Positions 61,001 through 64,000 of a DNA stretch of 64,000 bases are shown here, in pieces (the stretch's first letter is position 1; each line of letters begins with the position of its first letter). The stretch comes from an uncultured Methanosarcinales archaeon (lineage in GTDB: Archaea > Nanobdellota > Nanobdellia > Woesearchaeales > UBA12501). The stretch covers positions 1-64,000 of the forward strand of contig CAYNHV010000005.1 of the NCBI GenBank assembly GCA_964397315.1. The letters run 5' to 3'. Below the pieces are notes generated by a model. The model was not told the origin of the DNA, ran no database searches, and saw only the letters and a list, made by a program, of their open reading frames with translations. Made by a program: the position numbers and the translations under genes.

Positions 61001-61341
61001 GGTGATGCTGTGAGGGAGTAAGAGCATGTGTAAGGAGGCCCGCCTCCTGGCTGGCCTGTGCAGCTGGTGAAGCTCCAGAACTCATAACTGCCGGGGTATG
61101 AGAGATGGAGCGCGTCTGCCAAAGCTGATGCCTCAACATGCTCGCCCGGAGTTACCTGCGCCTCAACCTGAACTGTGTCGCCTGCCTTTGCAACATTCTC
61201 TATGCCGTCACTCCCTTTTATGCTCTCTATATTGACATTGCCTGAGACAGCGTAAACATTTGAGACATAGAAGGGTATGGTTATGACTAGGAAGCTCATG
61301 AAGATTGCAAGTGTCTTCAGTATCTCCGGCTTGATTTTCAT
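58063..61341 (-). CDS. Large secreted Ig-repeat protein with C-terminal Cys-rich/hydrophobic domain
   Basis: Signal peptide; repeated D...P Ig-like units; NP..S...S....C.PG.I domain shared with 47656-52974. Confidence 0.85.
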   Translation of the reverse strand: MKIKPEILKTLAIFMSFLVITIPFYVSNVYAVSGNVNIESIKGSDGIENVAKAGDTVQVEAQVTPGEHVEASALADALHLSYPGSYEFWSFTSCTGQPGGGPPYTCSYSLTASPFPGKRNLDVCLGGGGNCCSNDCSSCSDQNCRASSYILVDGFGPLLESFDISPRNTTGTGLSASYSVKDRLGATASDYCSGISRIEITKLDGTSLHSDDINSEDCSKSGTIDDFSLSSLSNGVHTICLKAYDLLDQESAGSKCVEIRKDDTQPVIDAAGVYDESGTAPISYISPAGTRAKFVVEATASEYFGIKSAVADLSMFGLSQDSLLDCTSRTTTEYKCVKDLPVMRSEVEGSVKVTVTDDGGNKVSTTKQISLGEDSAAPEVEAVLTDYSYNNTGYVAPGFNNITAVINDTGAGLAGSNIIISVSGAQNDYNNSANCTSMGGEEWRCTVFNVSLAGDAGVSITGSDDSGNRLSPYSETLIYDDSKPSLLNVSIRNIAREGAPFFVGGDDMLMRAMIEDNTALKNDDGDFNVFAKFRTSSGMWLPATDCWHSGARSGAGNRLWNCTWELMNVQEGDFKVWLNISDIMGNTKAPTRKVDEFFIETYNVGSGEWFMLPLTGVRIYPGGGNQTPDYWDAAVVGSQPSFVDSSTTMIVGHDIWFKIELAPKVPGVELARASFDPRTCGWHFDDYADISNTYMLNFMPNSTERWIKVGLYTGAIDVDPLNFNCSLTLTTLYNGMLSNPERENITMSIGTLAYDEVHSIICEKIEDVEEGWLVEMSEWWTVLNNLVELSQLLCQTVKTMFEIYTLLTGLNAATSWLAGTLLAPIAWFFSILAASGEATDTSTFTAFNTFCDFIACKTVLCDGGDGDSGGDGNAAVDAWCGVGVGNTFDRLSDGVFSSTEAGLGEFSASHPGLGEAAGLSETSMDSATGPLWGNPRDSIVLSILYVCIPGIIINMNKMMEIECQYLLCLKAYVPAGVPPSMCTTLRDYQWCIFIWGEIFQLIPFANLVRQALQAIIQILMNPMAFLLAMGLVWFCAVTHPYIDATCRVLKIAPKVMSLVATFEQISENEDLLDLQSGVCTQALDMETPECDE

Positions 61342-61397
61342 TGTTCTTCCCTGCTTTTTCCTTAATGAATTAACATGAATCTTTAAATTTTATTGGT

Positions 61398-63596
61398 TCA
61401 TCCTGAGCTGACAAACCTGGGCTGGAGCAGCTCCGCGTTTGCAGGGGCTATTTTTGAGTTAATCTGCGTCAGCCCCTGAAGGTCGCTGTGCTTCCTGTCC
61501 CCCTGGGGAACACCCCTGATGTTGAAGTTGAGGGCTGTGAGCTCAAGGTCAGTGTCATTAACATTCACGTACAGCTCATTGCCTATCACAACATTCAGCT
61601 TGTATTCTCCCTCAAAAAGGGGGCTGTTGTATGAGAGGTTTATTGGATCTATTGTCTCGCACTCCTCATCATCAGGAGGGCACACAGTTGTGCACTTGCA
61701 TATCTCATCCTCTGGTATTATCACTGTGGTGTTATCCCTCAGGAGAATGACCTGCAGGGAATAGTTGCCTGGTATGAGCCTCATCCTTCCCTTGTGCGTC
61801 CTGTTTATGTCTCCCCCTCCCATGACCTCGTCATCAAACTGGCTTTCCTTCTTTCTCTGCATCACCACGCCCGCGTGCTCCTTGCTGTCAGGCCTTCTTC
61901 TTCCAGGAGTGAGCACCCACTCATACTGTGGAATATAGTTTTCATATGTCAGCTCTTTATCAATGTCCATGATCTTGATGGTCACGTTCTTGACAACATA
62001 CCTGGGCATTCTTATTATCCCAATGTCTTTTGGCTCTTCTGATGCCATGAAATATGGCTTGTGGCCTGTTGCATAATCCATGTGCTTCAGCACAACCGAG
62101 CCTAGAGCTCCTGTAGGGAACTTGCCTTCAAAGTTGCCCTCCTCGTCTGTCTCTCCTATGACGCAGGAGGTGGTTCCAGAGCTGAACATCACAACAGCGT
62201 CCTTGACAGGCTGGCCGAGACTGTCTCTCGCCTTTAAGCTGACAGGCGCGCTGTCCCTGTACTTCTCAAGGCAGAGCTGCTGAGAGGGCTCCCCCCTTGC
62301 CACGCTCTTCAGCTGGACAGACTTTGCGGTAAATGGCTGGTTGTTTCTTATGTTGCTTTCTAATGCAAAGAAGAAGTCATAACCCTCTCCCATGAACGCG
62401 CTGGGGTCATGAAGGTTTACCATCACCGGAAATGAAAGGTCATAAGGGGTATCATACTTTTTGACAGGGAATATAAGGGACACAAAAGGCACTGTGATGC
62501 CGTCCCTTGGCCCGACCATGGCGCTGTCTGTAAGGTAAAGGTATATCGGCCATCCAAAGTAGTTGAAGTTCACGTCAATGTGGCCTACAAACTCTTCCTG
62601 GTCCTGCAGGGGAATCACCATTCCGCTGTAAAGGCCTGTCTTGATGTCCTCTCCCTCAAAGTAGGGAAGCTCAAACCCTCTTGTCCTTGTGGCCTGAAGG
62701 GCATTAACGTATATTGAGAGGATCTCCTTCAGCTTCTTCTCAACATCAGACATAAGCCATCTCTCTGCTGTGAAGCTGAAGTCAGTTCCTGTGACAGGAG
62801 GCAGATCCCTGTCAAGCCCTGAATAGATTGATATGAGGTTGAGGGCGTGAGTCTCAAGCGCGTTGCCGTCGCTCTCTGTTCTTCTTATCTCGTCTGCAAG
62901 GCGGTATATCCTGTCAAGGTCAATTGCGTAATCAGCAGAGAAGAGCGAGATTGTTGATGTTCCTCCCTCCCATGATGCTTCCAGGGGATATTCAACCTTT
63001 ATGGACACGTCATTCCTTGCTATTGTTGTCTCTGCCTTTACGCCACTTGTATTCCTTATATTGATCCCTTTCTCCCTGAATGATCTCAGGCCTGCTGCCA
63101 TGCACTTGGGAAGATTAACCTGCACATACCTGTCAATCTGCTCCTCTATTGAGTTCTCGCCGTCATCTCTTCTGAGGGGCGGCTGCTGAAGGTCAAAGCT
63201 GCACTTGCCCCTGCAGTCATTGGACGAGCTCATGTGCCACCAGTAGGGGATGTGCCATCCTTCTGACATCCTCAATGCATCATGCTCTGTGGGGTTTCTT
63301 CCTGAATGGTCTATGCTGAATGTGGTATGGGTGTATTTCGTGGATGCTTCAGGGGACAATCCAATGTAGCCGCCATGCCTGCCTGCCATCCTTATTGCCT
63401 GCTTTCCTGTCTCTTTAAGACATTCCTGAACATAGCTCTTGACAGGCTGAAGCTCAAGAGGAACTTCCTCGGTGAGTCTCTCAGTCTCATCCTCTTTTGC
63501 CTCCCTTAACTGGAGAAAGAGCATGATAACAACAGAGAAGAGGATTATAATGCCTATTATGATAAAGATTGTGGTCTGTCCCTTTTTTGACTGCAT
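61398..63596 (-). CDS. Large protein with class III (type IV pilin-like) signal peptide
   Basis: MQSKKG/QTTIFIIIG; PVKSYVQECL; G.HGGY; IPYW; DPSAF.GEGY shared with 53089-55053. Confidence 0.85.
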   Translation of the reverse strand: MQSKKGQTTIFIIIGIIILFSVVIMLFLQLREAKEDETERLTEEVPLELQPVKSYVQECLKETGKQAIRMAGRHGGYIGLSPEASTKYTHTTFSIDHSGRNPTEHDALRMSEGWHIPYWWHMSSSNDCRGKCSFDLQQPPLRRDDGENSIEEQIDRYVQVNLPKCMAAGLRSFREKGINIRNTSGVKAETTIARNDVSIKVEYPLEASWEGGTSTISLFSADYAIDLDRIYRLADEIRRTESDGNALETHALNLISIYSGLDRDLPPVTGTDFSFTAERWLMSDVEKKLKEILSIYVNALQATRTRGFELPYFEGEDIKTGLYSGMVIPLQDQEEFVGHIDVNFNYFGWPIYLYLTDSAMVGPRDGITVPFVSLIFPVKKYDTPYDLSFPVMVNLHDPSAFMGEGYDFFFALESNIRNNQPFTAKSVQLKSVARGEPSQQLCLEKYRDSAPVSLKARDSLGQPVKDAVVMFSSGTTSCVIGETDEEGNFEGKFPTGALGSVVLKHMDYATGHKPYFMASEEPKDIGIIRMPRYVVKNVTIKIMDIDKELTYENYIPQYEWVLTPGRRRPDSKEHAGVVMQRKKESQFDDEVMGGGDINRTHKGRMRLIPGNYSLQVILLRDNTTVIIPEDEICKCTTVCPPDDEECETIDPINLSYNSPLFEGEYKLNVVIGNELYVNVNDTDLELTALNFNIRGVPQGDRKHSDLQGLTQINSKIAPANAELLQPRFVSSG

Positions 63597-63796
63597 CTTA
63601 ACCCCTTTTGTGAACAAAACAGGCGTGAAACAAGCGAACCCGCGCGCCTCTGCAACCCTTGTGGGGCTGATTATTCTATATTTTTATATAAAGTTTGCGG
63701 TAGAAATGCATGGGAATGAGAGGAAAAGGGAGATAGTGTGGGTTAATGCTGATAGCTCCAGGTACTTCCCTCCCTAAAGAAACCGATATTTTAATT

Positions 63797-63996
63797 TTTA
63801 TTGAAAATGGTGCAAAACCATTTTCAAAAGGGTTTAATACCCCGCGCACTTTAGTGCATCTGCACCATTTTCAAGACTAAAAATTTGACCATCTAAAATG
63901 CAAGTCCGTAAATACTTTGAGCTTTGCTCAAAGGGGAAGACATCCTTTGGATGTCGACACTCCAACCTTTAGGTTGGGGATAGGACTTGCTTATAA
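63797..63996 (-). repeat. Repeat family A, full copy (inverted)
   Basis: Reverse complement aligns with 5473-5726 and 1-104. Confidence 0.9.
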
Positions 63997-64000
63997 GATA

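Noticed and set aside
47823..63509. Many plus-strand ORFs opposite the large surface genes (similarly opposite the helicase, ATPase and tgt)
   Set aside because: Antisense shadows of real genes, Ser/Leu/Pro-rich and without start signals

Overview
The window looks like chromosomal DNA of a DPANN archaeon, most likely Woesearchaeota. This rests on aIF2-alpha, Nop10, a PAC2 chaperone, class III 'KKGQ' signal-peptide proteins, archaeal TATA boxes and bacterial-type CspA/DEAD/TGT genes. There are four zones. (1) ~0.3-11.6 kb: an AT-rich variable island with Mrr-type, PD-(D/E)XK-like and HEPN-like proteins, lipoproteins and YidD. It also carries a repeated promoter block and a candidate small RNA. 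(2) 11.8-18 kb: housekeeping and toxin-antitoxin genes. (3) ~18.1-33.5 kb: a strictly minus-strand array of ORFan genes with strong Shine-Dalgarno motifs, linked by repeated GC-rich hairpins (one gene is flanked by exact 55-bp direct repeats). A HerA/VirB4-like ATPase lies upstream. (4) 39-63.6 kb: tgt/yhhQ queuosine salvage, aIF2a-nop10, a double-nucleotidyltransferase/HEPN protein, and a tandemly duplicated module of class III-signal protein, giant Ig/Cys-rich protein and polytopic membrane protein. Non-coding elements are unusually rich: a 5-copy conserved-core + ~45-nt degenerate array element, a 3-copy AAA-loop multi-hairpin repeat with a covarying stem, and an 80-bp MITE with a perfect 9-bp target duplication. 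I found no rRNA, tRNA, CRISPR array, integrase or reverse transcriptase. All family calls come from motif recognition by eye, not database searches.
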